64,000 nt of DNA from IMG/VR virus record IMGVR_UViG_3300047476_001246. One strand, given 5' to 3'. Made by a program: the position numbers and the translations under genes. Under the pieces are notes generated by a model. The model worked only from the letters and a program-made list of their open reading frames with translations. It had not been told where the DNA came from and did not search any database. Positions within the stretch are counted from its first letter, which is position 1. Each line of letters opens with the position of its first letter. This document shows positions 36,598 through 45,674 of this stretch, in pieces. The DNA is from a virus.

Positions 36598-36735
36598 TTA
36601 TCTGCCTTGCCCTCGATAGGCCTTGTGACTAGCTTTGATTACTTTATTCATACTACTAGTTTTTGGGGATCTTCCGCCTTGGCTAGTTTTTTTAACTACT
36701 GCTTTTATTTTTGAATTTGATGAAGATTTAGACAT
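36598..36735 (-). CDS. Small very basic protein, 45 aa (not in track)
   Basis: MSKSSSNSKIKAVVKKTSQGGRSPKTSSMNKVIKASHKAYRGQGR; AGGAGA RBS. Confidence 0.65.
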   Translation of the reverse strand: MSKSSSNSKIKAVVKKTSQGGRSPKTSSMNKVIKASHKAYRGQGR

Positions 36736-36751
36736 TGTTTTTCTCCTTGAG

Positions 36752-37423
36752 TTATTCCCATGCTACCATTTTAAAACGTTCTCTCGCAATACCAAAATAT
36801 TTACACTTGTAATCGCTCTGTGCAAAAAAGTCCAGGTGGTGCCATTCTGATTTTTTCTTTAGCAATTGTTGTGCAGCATCGTCCCAATCAATGTTGGCCA
36901 GTACCGGTTCAACTGCTTGTTTGACTTCTGCAAGTTCATTGTAATCAAACCCGTCGTATTCCCAATGCAGTATTTCAAAGCAATTGCCGTATGCATCAGC
37001 ATAGTCCATGCTAAAATCAAGTCCCCATTTTGGGCGTAATCTAATCAGTTGCCAAATACGTGGAAAGTATTTGGTCCACATCTTTAGTTGACTGAGTGCT
37101 TCACCTTCAAACCCTTTGCGTTCAAACAATAAACTGTGATTTAGTATAGCACCTTCTACTTTGTCAGCCTGATCAAACCAGGGCTGTTTGATTGCTGTTC
37201 TATGACTACGGTGCGATTTAGTTTCTACTAAATTTACCGCAGCAAACATTTTTTCTAGCTCGGTTAGATCGTAGCCGTTCTGATCAAATAAATCTAAGTG
37301 GGGTATTTTAGGGGCAAAATATCCTGGAAGAGGAATCAACCAATACCCATCAGGATTCCATGTGTTATCGGTAAGTACAAAATCTTTCATTAATCTTTGA
37401 CTATTGGGCCACCGGTGATCCAT
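36752..37423 (-). CDS. Hypothetical protein
   Basis: ORF track. Confidence 0.65.
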   Translation of the reverse strand: MDHRWPNSQRLMKDFVLTDNTWNPDGYWLIPLPGYFAPKIPHLDLFDQNGYDLTELEKMFAAVNLVETKSHRSHRTAIKQPWFDQADKVEGAILNHSLLFERKGFEGEALSQLKMWTKYFPRIWQLIRLRPKWGLDFSMDYADAYGNCFEILHWEYDGFDYNELAEVKQAVEPVLANIDWDDAAQQLLKKKSEWHHLDFFAQSDYKCKYFGIARERFKMVAWE

Positions 37424-37806
37424 AGTTCACAACTGCGACTACCGGCGCATTTAAAGTGTAGCAAGTTGCAATAACCTAGGTCTGCGGCTTCGCGAGTTTT
37501 TTCTGCTTTGTATGCTTCTGCACCCATGCCGTCATGAATGCATTTATACATACTGTCAGAGATATTAAAAGCAGCACAGTTGCCACATGTCATTGACTTT
37601 GCAGTCTTTTCATCTATCTTCCATTGCCGGGCTGCTTGTTTCCAGTAGTTGCCAGGCTGATCAGGATTGGCAGGGCCATAATGATGTTTATCTATCGCAG
37701 TCTGACGATTCTTTACATTTAGTTCTAAATCGTACGTGGCTCTAGGACAATTTTTGCCTGCTGCTTCTACCAGTTGTATCAAGTTTCTCATTTCAATCAC
37801 GCCCAA
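37390..37806 (-). CDS. Cys-rich protein with capsid-targeting-like N-terminus
   Basis: MRNLIQLVE; CGNC..F ... GYC....FKC...RSC..W. Confidence 0.6.
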   Translation of the reverse strand: MGVIEMRNLIQLVEAAGKNCPRATYDLELNVKNRQTAIDKHHYGPANPDQPGNYWKQAARQWKIDEKTAKSMTCGNCAAFNISDSMYKCIHDGMGAEAYKAEKTREAADLGYCNLLHFKCAGSRSCELWITGGPIVKD

Positions 37807-40105
37807 ACAAACGATTTATGATGCTGACATTTTTACTGCTCGAATCTTGGGGTGAACGAACTACATTGGTGATTTCTTGATTGACTGCATTTTGTACATC
37901 ATCGCGATCAATTCCGGCTAATTTTTTAATTGTACGTAAAGCACCAATTGCTTGATCTGCCGGATGAGGTTGTTCTCTTGGATTGGGGTCTGATATAGTA
38001 GGTATTTGTTCAGCCACAGGTTCTGGTGGCATCATGCGTTTAATATCAGACTTGTTTAGATTAGGTGGTCCATTTGCTGCGCCATACTCATCTACTTTTT
38101 TTTTAATTGGCACGCAATTATTAACTCGAACATCACCTTTCATTTTAGTACCAGCTTTACGATAACCTTTCCAGCACTTGGGATCCAATCTAGTTTTTTC
38201 TTCGAGAATGCTGTATCCGGCACGTTCTAATTCTTCAATATAACGTTCAACATCTTCGTTTGTGATACTGCTTTCTCCAAATCGATCTCTGTAAGTATTG
38301 GCTTTCATGCTATTTTTACTACCAATTACAGCATGTCCTTCGCCACTTAATAATAAATCGTACATCAGTTTAATAATTTTAAGCGGACTGTCCATACGAT
38401 CAAGTGCAGCATTAAACCAAGCAACTTTTTCAGGCTTCATTGGTCGTTCGCTAGGTTTAGAAATCAATGCCAAAGCTTGTGCTCGTAGAGTTGGCAAGTC
38501 TCTTATTCTTTCAAGATTCTTGATATCCTCGATGTCAAAATTAACTTCTTGTTTACGTGCTTCTTTGACTTGATATTTCTTCTTTAGTTCTGCTGCCTTA
38601 GCATATCTTTCTTTGTCAGGAAGATCGTATGTAGCCTTTAACTCTTTGTAATAGTCAGGATCGGGCAGGCCAGATTTTTTTCTTAATTCTTGGTGACGCT
38701 TGTGTAGTTTATCTTGCACAGAACCTTCCGCCACACCTTCTGGCAAAGCATTTTTAGCAAAGTTCTTTATAACACGCAATGCATCTCTTGCACCGTCACT
38801 GCCACTTTCTACCCAATTGGTTTTACCAGCTCTTCCTGCGATTCCCAATGCCCAATACACTGTGCCTGAATCTGCTGGATCCATTTCAACTTCAATCACT
38901 TTCTTACCATCAGTCCAGCTATAAGTATCGCCTGACTGTGAGCCTGTATAATCTACTAAAAAGTCATCAACTAGTTCTAAGAAACTTCTACCAGCGCCTT
39001 CCGCCACATCTTTTGGGAGAATTTTTGCAACGCCTACCATTTGATCCCGGGGTTCAATGGGCTGTCGGCCGCGTTCCTGTTCTTTACGCTTTTGTGCTGC
39101 TAGATCCGCTACACTACCTTTGCGTGGCTTCTTGGCACCGTATGAGAATGGTCCTGCTTCATCTATATCGGTAAATCGTTCCCAAGCTCGATTAGCTGTC
39201 TGTTGATTTTTTCGAGCATAAGCAGGATCTTTATCTGCTTGTTTAGATACCACTCTGTCAACTGCTCGCTTGTGAACTTTAGTTAGCTGCTTCTGACCTT
39301 TGGCCGTATCGCCATATTCTTTTAAATCTTTATTTTGATTTTTTTGCATCATTGTTTTAGGATCCAGATCGGCTCCTAATTGCATATCTCTGGTGTCAGA
39401 CACACCAACACCACCTGACCCACCACCTCCACGTCCAATGTTTTTTGCATGGCTAATCAATGAATCAGCTTTATCTCTAGCGTCCGCTACGCGACGAAGT
39501 GAAGCACCCAATGCATTTGCTTTTGGATCTGCGTTGGGATTTTGGCGGCCCATAGCAGCATTCCAGAAGTCATCACTATCGGTTATGCCTTCTGCCACAT
39601 CTTGTTCGTACATAGTGGCTGACTTAATAGGAACACCACGAGGATTGGTTGCAGGAGCAGTTCTTGCACCAGGGGTAAGCTTAGGATTGGCCATTACGGC
39701 TGCATCTTGTGCTGGCTCTTTGGCTCGCATGGCCTGATAATCACGTTCGATTTGTTGCGGAGACATAATACCTAACTTGTCAAAATCTGCTTGATTGCCT
39801 GAAGCAAATGCTTGATCAATTGCCTGACCTTGCGCCTTCATTTGCGGAGTATTATATTGTGCAGTTAAACGATCATCAATGGCATCTTCGTTAACATCTT
39901 TTTTGTGCTTTTTAACATCATTGTCGAGTTGTTTACTGGTAGCTTTAACAATACCTTTAAATCTCTTGTTGCCTTGTTCAACGTCTCCGCGTTTGTCTGC
40001 TGCACTGGCATCTGCCCCTGCGGCTTTTTTATAACGACCCAGTAATTCATTACTGACTTCGTTTAATTCTTTATTTTTGTCGTTAAAGATATCGTTAATA
40101 AACAT
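37793..40105 (-). CDS. Modular probable capsid-internal polyprotein
   Basis: Hydrophilic modules separated by [ILV]-x-E sites (LNE, VNE, VAE x4, LKE, IDE, VKE, VDE). Confidence 0.6.
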   Translation of the reverse strand: MFINDIFNDKNKELNEVSNELLGRYKKAAGADASAADKRGDVEQGNKRFKGIVKATSKQLDNDVKKHKKDVNEDAIDDRLTAQYNTPQMKAQGQAIDQAFASGNQADFDKLGIMSPQQIERDYQAMRAKEPAQDAAVMANPKLTPGARTAPATNPRGVPIKSATMYEQDVAEGITDSDDFWNAAMGRQNPNADPKANALGASLRRVADARDKADSLISHAKNIGRGGGGSGGVGVSDTRDMQLGADLDPKTMMQKNQNKDLKEYGDTAKGQKQLTKVHKRAVDRVVSKQADKDPAYARKNQQTANRAWERFTDIDEAGPFSYGAKKPRKGSVADLAAQKRKEQERGRQPIEPRDQMVGVAKILPKDVAEGAGRSFLELVDDFLVDYTGSQSGDTYSWTDGKKVIEVEMDPADSGTVYWALGIAGRAGKTNWVESGSDGARDALRVIKNFAKNALPEGVAEGSVQDKLHKRHQELRKKSGLPDPDYYKELKATYDLPDKERYAKAAELKKKYQVKEARKQEVNFDIEDIKNLERIRDLPTLRAQALALISKPSERPMKPEKVAWFNAALDRMDSPLKIIKLMYDLLLSGEGHAVIGSKNSMKANTYRDRFGESSITNEDVERYIEELERAGYSILEEKTRLDPKCWKGYRKAGTKMKGDVRVNNCVPIKKKVDEYGAANGPPNLNKSDIKRMMPPEPVAEQIPTISDPNPREQPHPADQAIGALRTIKKLAGIDRDDVQNAVNQEITNVVRSPQDSSSKNVSIINRLFGRD

Positions 40106-40109
40106 AATT

Positions 40110-41231
40110 TTACGCCTGTGATCTTAATGCTGCAACTTGACTCATGAGGTCTTCTATTTGTCTGCTTAGTTGTACTTTTTGTGCCTGCTGTTGTTGCAAG
40201 CTCATTGCTTTCTCAACTGGATTTGCACCTTGTGGAAACTGTTTGTTTAAATCGGCCAACTGCGATCTAGCACCGTTAACTTGACCAATTAATCCCATTA
40301 ACTGATTGCGTTGATCTGCTTTACCTGCGACCTGTTGCGCTCGTTGAGCTGCAATTTCTACAGGATCGGCATCATCGTTGCCTGGTCCTACTGCTGTACC
40401 GGCTGCACCCCATTCTGATATGGTTGGTTCTGTTTCCTTCCAATTCGGCAACGGAGCGCGATATCTGCCTTTGTCCTGTCCGGGTACTTTTACATCTTGC
40501 ACGTTGTCTGTGTCTGACACTTTGTATTCTGGTCCTGGCTCTCTTGGGTTCTTGATTCCACGAATCAACTCTTGTGTGATTGGATCTTCGCGACCAGTGA
40601 CATCTCTCCAGTATTCATTGTAGTGCGGCGATCCTTTGGGCACTACTTCTTTTGTTCCATCTTTAAACTTGTGAAAAAATTGAACATCAGGATCATTATA
40701 ATCCAATTTATTTTTTGGAATATTGGCCGGTCTCTGCATTTCCACATCTACTGTTGTAGGTTCCTGCTCCCACTCATTGCCTTCTTGAACTCTTTTATCA
40801 GTATTTCGCCAATCTGTTTTTGGCGAGAGCTGTGCTGCTTGCCCCTGCTTAATGCTTTTAGCCACTTCTTTTTCATCAAATGGTCGTGGAATAGCATCAG
40901 CTATACCGCCGAGTGCGTCTCTTGTGGCACTGCCAGCTGAAACAATTTTATCAGCAGCTGATTTGACTGTATCACCAAATCCTTCTTTAAACTCTGTCCA
41001 TTCTTGAAATAAATCTCTTTTTACTGGGTCACTGTTGATAACTGTGCTCAATTCCTTTAATAAATTGTCCGAGCTTTCGTTGGCTCCAACCAATCTACCT
41101 GCATAAGGATGCTTCTTGGTGCCTTTGCGAGGCATAGGTTCACTGCCGCGAACTTGGTCACCTGGCTTTTGGCCTACCTTTTCTCCAGCAAAGCGATTCA
41201 TTGCTTCAAGTAAGTGACGCATATCACTCAT
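40110..41231 (-). CDS. Probable capsid-internal protein
   Basis: MSDMRHLLE N-terminus; LKE, FKE, VQE and ISE junctions. Confidence 0.55.
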   Translation of the reverse strand: MSDMRHLLEAMNRFAGEKVGQKPGDQVRGSEPMPRKGTKKHPYAGRLVGANESSDNLLKELSTVINSDPVKRDLFQEWTEFKEGFGDTVKSAADKIVSAGSATRDALGGIADAIPRPFDEKEVAKSIKQGQAAQLSPKTDWRNTDKRVQEGNEWEQEPTTVDVEMQRPANIPKNKLDYNDPDVQFFHKFKDGTKEVVPKGSPHYNEYWRDVTGREDPITQELIRGIKNPREPGPEYKVSDTDNVQDVKVPGQDKGRYRAPLPNWKETEPTISEWGAAGTAVGPGNDDADPVEIAAQRAQQVAGKADQRNQLMGLIGQVNGARSQLADLNKQFPQGANPVEKAMSLQQQQAQKVQLSRQIEDLMSQVAALRSQA

Positions 41232-42034
41232 TAGTATACACCTTTTCCTACATTTACTTTTTTAGGCTTGTGTGCATTACCTAGTTTCTTAGGAACACCC
41301 GATGTTGATTTGTGTGCAGGCCCGCCAATTGATGTAGCTACTGCACCAGCACTACTTGCGCCACCTGTAGCACTTTCCTTTACAGATTTTTTATTTTCGA
41401 AGTGTATAAATCTGGATTTTGCACCTTCAGGATCTTGCATAACACCAGCAGATCCACCACCACCGCCTCCTGCTTTTGGTCTTGAGCTTTTGTACATTGG
41501 ATCTCCGAGTGCATCGGTAGCAGTATTAGGAAGACCAAGTGTACCTGCTGCTCGTTGAATCAATGAAGGAGGATTGGGATTCCCTTTTACAACTTCGCCA
41601 CCTGATCTAATTACATCACCACGGGCGTTTCTTCCTTGATAATTACGAGCATTGTCATACCGCTCATTTTCTCTTCGTGCAGCAGCATCTCTTTCCTCAC
41701 CGGTTTCCCCTTCTTCAGAGATCAATGATTCTAAAGCATAGTCAGCAGCATCCTCAGCAAACACAGTCATTTCTGATTGCTGACTTGCTGCTTCGTATTT
41801 TAAATAATCGCGAACGCTTTCCAAGTACTGGCTTGCTAGGGTTAGTTTACTTTGTACCCAACCTTCAAGACCTTCTAGCTCGCTAATATCTTTAAGCAAA
41901 CGATGAATCTCAATTGCTGCTTGTGCAGACGAATACATCTGACTGCGAGCCATTTGCACTTCGTGGTCGCGATGCATGTCATCGGCTTCTTGTGCGATTG
42001 TGCTGTTTTCTACTATAAATTCTGTTGTTTTCAT
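41231..42034 (-). CDS. Probable capsid-internal protein
   Basis: MKTTEFIVE resembles the T4 internal-protein targeting sequence; LEGWVQSKLTLA..YL..V..Y module. Confidence 0.6.
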   Translation of the reverse strand: MKTTEFIVENSTIAQEADDMHRDHEVQMARSQMYSSAQAAIEIHRLLKDISELEGLEGWVQSKLTLASQYLESVRDYLKYEAASQQSEMTVFAEDAADYALESLISEEGETGEERDAAARRENERYDNARNYQGRNARGDVIRSGGEVVKGNPNPPSLIQRAAGTLGLPNTATDALGDPMYKSSRPKAGGGGGGSAGVMQDPEGAKSRFIHFENKKSVKESATGGASSAGAVATSIGGPAHKSTSGVPKKLGNAHKPKKVNVGKGVY

Positions 42035-42059
42035 TTCAATACCTTACTGTATCTAATAT

Positions 42060-42368
42060 TTAGTAATTACAAGCAAAGGTCCATTGCTTGTTGTCATAAC
42101 CATCTTTGCCTGGCTGTTTGGGCATTTCTGCATTGTCTACTCGTAATTTAAGTAGCTGAAAATTTCCGCTATTGGAACAATTTTCTAATTTTATACAATG
42201 AACTCCGGGCGCTAAATCGCAAACTACATTTTCTTGTATGTAGTAATCGTAGCCGGCATAACCAAAAGTGCGTTCAGTGATCAAGTCGTCGTCTACGTAT
42301 ATTCTATAAACAGGAGGCTCACCGCTCCAGTGACAATGCACATCGAAGCGTAGCATTCTGTTAAACAT
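42060..42368 (-). CDS. Hypothetical beta-rich protein
   Basis: P.YRIYVDDDLITERTF. Confidence 0.6.
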   Translation of the reverse strand: MFNRMLRFDVHCHWSGEPPVYRIYVDDDLITERTFGYAGYDYYIQENVVCDLAPGVHCIKLENCSNSGNFQLLKLRVDNAEMPKQPGKDGYDNKQWTFACNY

Positions 42369-43273
42369 TATTTTTTCCTACCTTGGCAATGTGCCCGCTG
42401 ACTAAAGCCCTGTGGACGATTGCAATTGATACTGCGCTTGTACTTTGCGCTCCACTTTTCTTTTAACGTGTCTATTTCTTCTTTTAGCTTTTTGTAGCGT
42501 TTGGTCAAATGATATCCAGCCATCATCTTAGGCAAAGTAGCAGCAGTGACATCATTATCATCGCCCATGGTGGCCATACTATAACGTGGGTCATTGCCGT
42601 TTTTAACTACGCCAACTCCAGCTGCTTCTTCATTGACTGTTTGTGGGATTTTATCAAGCACACGCCCTAGTTCAGGATCATCTCTACCATACATTTGCAG
42701 CAAGTATTCGGATCTTGATTTGGGATTATCTCTTACTGCATTCCATGCAGCTCTCGCGGGAGTTCCATGACTGACATCTACCTGCTGCCCATTGATAGTA
42801 ATGACCTTTTGGCGCTCGTCGGCAATTATCACATAACCATGCTTGTCAGCAGTTGCACATTTGTCAAGACTTTCAAATGTTTTAAAATAGCCTGGAGTGC
42901 CGTCCTTTTTAACACTGTCTGGACGTAAACGATCACGGTCTGGAGCACCTACTGCTACAATAAAAATTGTGTTAGCAGGATTAAATTGTGGTTCAGGAAG
43001 TTTATAAGGACTTACTACTTCTAGGATGCGATCGCTGGGAATACCAGCTGCATTCATGAATACAGTTTTGTCGGAAAAATTAAACGGACTCTTTGGAGGT
43101 TCTACTTTGTTGCTGGTTGCAATGTACACATTGTCACGACCAAACTTGCTTTGTAGACTTTGGAATACTTCGCGATGTCCAAGATGGAATGGTTGAAAAC
43201 GGCCCGGGTAGAGTACTACCAATTGCGGGCCGGCTTCTGCTACATAACTTTCAAATAAATCAGCAATAAACAT
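42368..43273 (-). CDS. HxGH nucleotidyltransferase (cytidyltransferase/NMNAT-like) with extra C-terminal modules
   Basis: YPGRFQPFHLGH, SPF.F..K, VG..D..R and S.T..R. Confidence 0.8.
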   Translation of the reverse strand: MFIADLFESYVAEAGPQLVVLYPGRFQPFHLGHREVFQSLQSKFGRDNVYIATSNKVEPPKSPFNFSDKTVFMNAAGIPSDRILEVVSPYKLPEPQFNPANTIFIVAVGAPDRDRLRPDSVKKDGTPGYFKTFESLDKCATADKHGYVIIADERQKVITINGQQVDVSHGTPARAAWNAVRDNPKSRSEYLLQMYGRDDPELGRVLDKIPQTVNEEAAGVGVVKNGNDPRYSMATMGDDNDVTAATLPKMMAGYHLTKRYKKLKEEIDTLKEKWSAKYKRSINCNRPQGFSQRAHCQGRKK

Positions 43274-43302
43274 GGGAAATCCATTATATTGCTGTATTTA
43301 GC

Positions 43303-43785
43303 TTAAATGTTCTCTAGCAACCAAATGTAGAAAGGACTAGTGAAAGGCAATTTCCATGTGCCGTTCCACCCTAAATTAACACAGTTTTTAACGGATGAAG
43401 ATAACTCTTCGCCTCTTTTTTGTGCTTCGATTCGATAACGTTCTGGGTAGTTTGGCTCGTATGTGCTCAAAGTCCATTTCAAAGATCCAAGATCAATCTC
43501 GTCAATTTCAATTGAATCAATGTTTAACAGCAGGTCGCCAATGATATTGCCCTCGGGGTCCAGGACTGTGTCCCCGAACCCCTTGTTGAGCAAACTTATT
43601 TCTAAGGTATTATCACCCTCGGTTATTTCGTGATTGAACTCAAAATATTCAGTTTCGTTTGCTGGACGCGACAGTTTGTCATGCACAACAACCGTACCGT
43701 TTACACTTATTTTAAATTCTGTTGGCTTTTTGTCAGAAGAACTGCTTAAACCGATCTTAAAGGCCAACGTTTCTTTTTCATCCAT
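43303..43785 (-). CDS. Hypothetical beta-rich protein
   Basis: LGWNG.W...F.SP.Y.WLLE C-terminus. Confidence 0.65.
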   Translation of the reverse strand: MDEKETLAFKIGLSSSSDKKPTEFKISVNGTVVVHDKLSRPANETEYFEFNHEITEGDNTLEISLLNKGFGDTVLDPEGNIIGDLLLNIDSIEIDEIDLGSLKWTLSTYEPNYPERYRIEAQKRGEELSSSVKNCVNLGWNGTWKLPFTSPFYIWLLENI

Positions 43786-43794
43786 AATTCATCC

Positions 43795-44739
43795 TTATGC
43801 CGGAACTTTTTGTGCCATTTGAATTGCGTCTTGTAGAGCACGTGGAGCACCAGGCGCAGCGTCCGGATTAACTGGCTGTCCAAATTGTGGCATCTTGGCA
43901 AGGTCACCAACGAACTCGTAGTGCCCAATGTGATTCAACAGTACTTTACCGTGTGCCCAAATTTCTCCACCCAATGCAGCCCAACGACGGCAGAATAACC
44001 AGTCTTCGCTCAAGTAATGTCCTTTGGCGTCAATTGCTACATCAAAAATGCTGTACATGGTAGGTTCGTATTGTTTACCTAGACCAACATCATCAACATA
44101 CTTGCACTCTGGGTGTGCAGCACACAGCTTTTCGTAAACTCCGCGTTTGAACATCAAGAAACCGGTACCCATAGTATCTACAGTAAAGATATCGCCTTGT
44201 ACCTTGGTTTCGGGTTTTAGATTAATTACATAGTTAACTGGCAGGGCTTTTTTAGGATATAGTCCGCCGATAACTTCTTTGTCGCAAGCCATCATTTGCA
44301 GAATACTTTCTGGTTGGAAGCGAATATCTGCATCAATAAACATAAAGTGTGTTGCAGCTTGATTGGTCATCATTTTTGCCATCAAGTTATTGCGAGCACG
44401 AGTCACTAGGCTTTCATTTACCATGGTATCTAGGGACCAGTTGAGTCCAACTTGTTGCGCCATTAGAATAAAACGCAGCAGCGAAGTCATTGTGGGTTCG
44501 CTGACATTGCCACCGTAGCATGGCATACCAATATGCAAATGGCACTTGGTAAAGTCAAACGGTGTACCTTGCGGCTGAGCCTGTTGTGCTGTTCGCTGTG
44601 CAGCAGCTTGTTTGATTAGCGACACTGCGTCTTGTTGAGGCATAGCCTGCTGCGATTGTCTCTGTTCTGCAGCCGCTTTGATAGCAGCTACCGCGTCGGC
44701 CTGCGAAGAGGCATTTTCTCCCATTACTTTTTTAGTCAT
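43795..44739 (-). CDS. GT-A fold glycosyltransferase-like protein with Q/A-rich N-terminus
   Basis: PCYGG, ESLV.RARN, FIDADI (DxD), GTGF and LSED..FC.RW. Confidence 0.7.
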   Translation of the reverse strand: MTKKVMGENASSQADAVAAIKAAAEQRQSQQAMPQQDAVSLIKQAAAQRTAQQAQPQGTPFDFTKCHLHIGMPCYGGNVSEPTMTSLLRFILMAQQVGLNWSLDTMVNESLVTRARNNLMAKMMTNQAATHFMFIDADIRFQPESILQMMACDKEVIGGLYPKKALPVNYVINLKPETKVQGDIFTVDTMGTGFLMFKRGVYEKLCAAHPECKYVDDVGLGKQYEPTMYSIFDVAIDAKGHYLSEDWLFCRRWAALGGEIWAHGKVLLNHIGHYEFVGDLAKMPQFGQPVNPDAAPGAPRALQDAIQMAQKVPA

Positions 44740-44762
44740 TGATTTCTCTCTTTGTAAATTGA

Positions 44763-44927
44763 TTAGGCTTTGTTAACTTCGACAACAACACCGTTGCCTA
44801 GTAGTTCTTCTGCAACTGAAGCTAGTGCAGCGATAATATCATCAGTGATAATTTCTGCACCAGTTTCGTCGTTTTTGATTAATTTGCTAACGGTAATTAC
44901 CGCTACTTCTTCATGTACTTTTGCCAT
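44763..44927 (-). CDS. Small protein, 54 aa (not in track)
   Basis: MAKVHEEVAVITVSKLIK...EELLGNGVVVEVNKA; AAGGA RBS and TAAATA upstream. Confidence 0.6.
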   Translation of the reverse strand: MAKVHEEVAVITVSKLIKNDETGAEIITDDIIAALASVAEELLGNGVVVEVNKA

Positions 44928-44951
44928 GTTGGGCTTCCTTGAATAATAGTA

Positions 44952-45674
44952 TTATTTATTATCCATGCAAACGAACTCAGAAACTTCTCGTACAATGTCT
45001 GGGTTAATTAATCGTATGAAAGTTTCTATATCGCGATCGTTTGAATAAATGTACGAACCCCAAATCCAATCGTATGGCTTGCTCAAACTTTCTCGGGTAT
45101 GATTGCTCATTCTGACTAGATCACCCAAACTGGTCAAGTAAGTTAAAATTTGGCTTCTGGTTTCGGAACTGTATTGCTTTTCTTTAAACCAAATTCTATA
45201 TCTATACTTTGGCGGCTTTTTGACCAATATGACATTTTTATTGAGTAATGATTTAACCTCATCATTCTCTGGGCCAGTAATCGAAATAATTTTATCTCTT
45301 TGCTCAGGATCAATTGACTGAGCGATAGATCGTATCATTGGTTCGTCAGTGGCGTATATAGATATTTTAGGTTCTTCTGTGCGTATTTTAACATCAGGAT
45401 ACTCGTAATAGAGATCCTTGAGTGCGTATAAAAATCCAATATCCGCTTCCTGAAGAGCCTTGTATAATTGCTGGTTGTACCAAGAACCTTGACGCTTGTA
45501 GTCTCTAACCCATTCGCGTCTTTTATGTACGTCACTGGCTATATCGTCACAGCGAATACTTTTGCACCCTGGTGCACGAATATCCAATTTGTAATAATAT
45601 TCTCTGTAAAAGTTTTTTACAGATGATTCAATTTTAATATTTGGAGACAGGCTCTTCCAGAATGATGTATCCAT
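44952..45674 (-). CDS. Hypothetical protein
   Basis: ORF track. Confidence 0.6.
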   Translation of the reverse strand: MDTSFWKSLSPNIKIESSVKNFYREYYYKLDIRAPGCKSIRCDDIASDVHKRREWVRDYKRQGSWYNQQLYKALQEADIGFLYALKDLYYEYPDVKIRTEEPKISIYATDEPMIRSIAQSIDPEQRDKIISITGPENDEVKSLLNKNVILVKKPPKYRYRIWFKEKQYSSETRSQILTYLTSLGDLVRMSNHTRESLSKPYDWIWGSYIYSNDRDIETFIRLINPDIVREVSEFVCMDNK

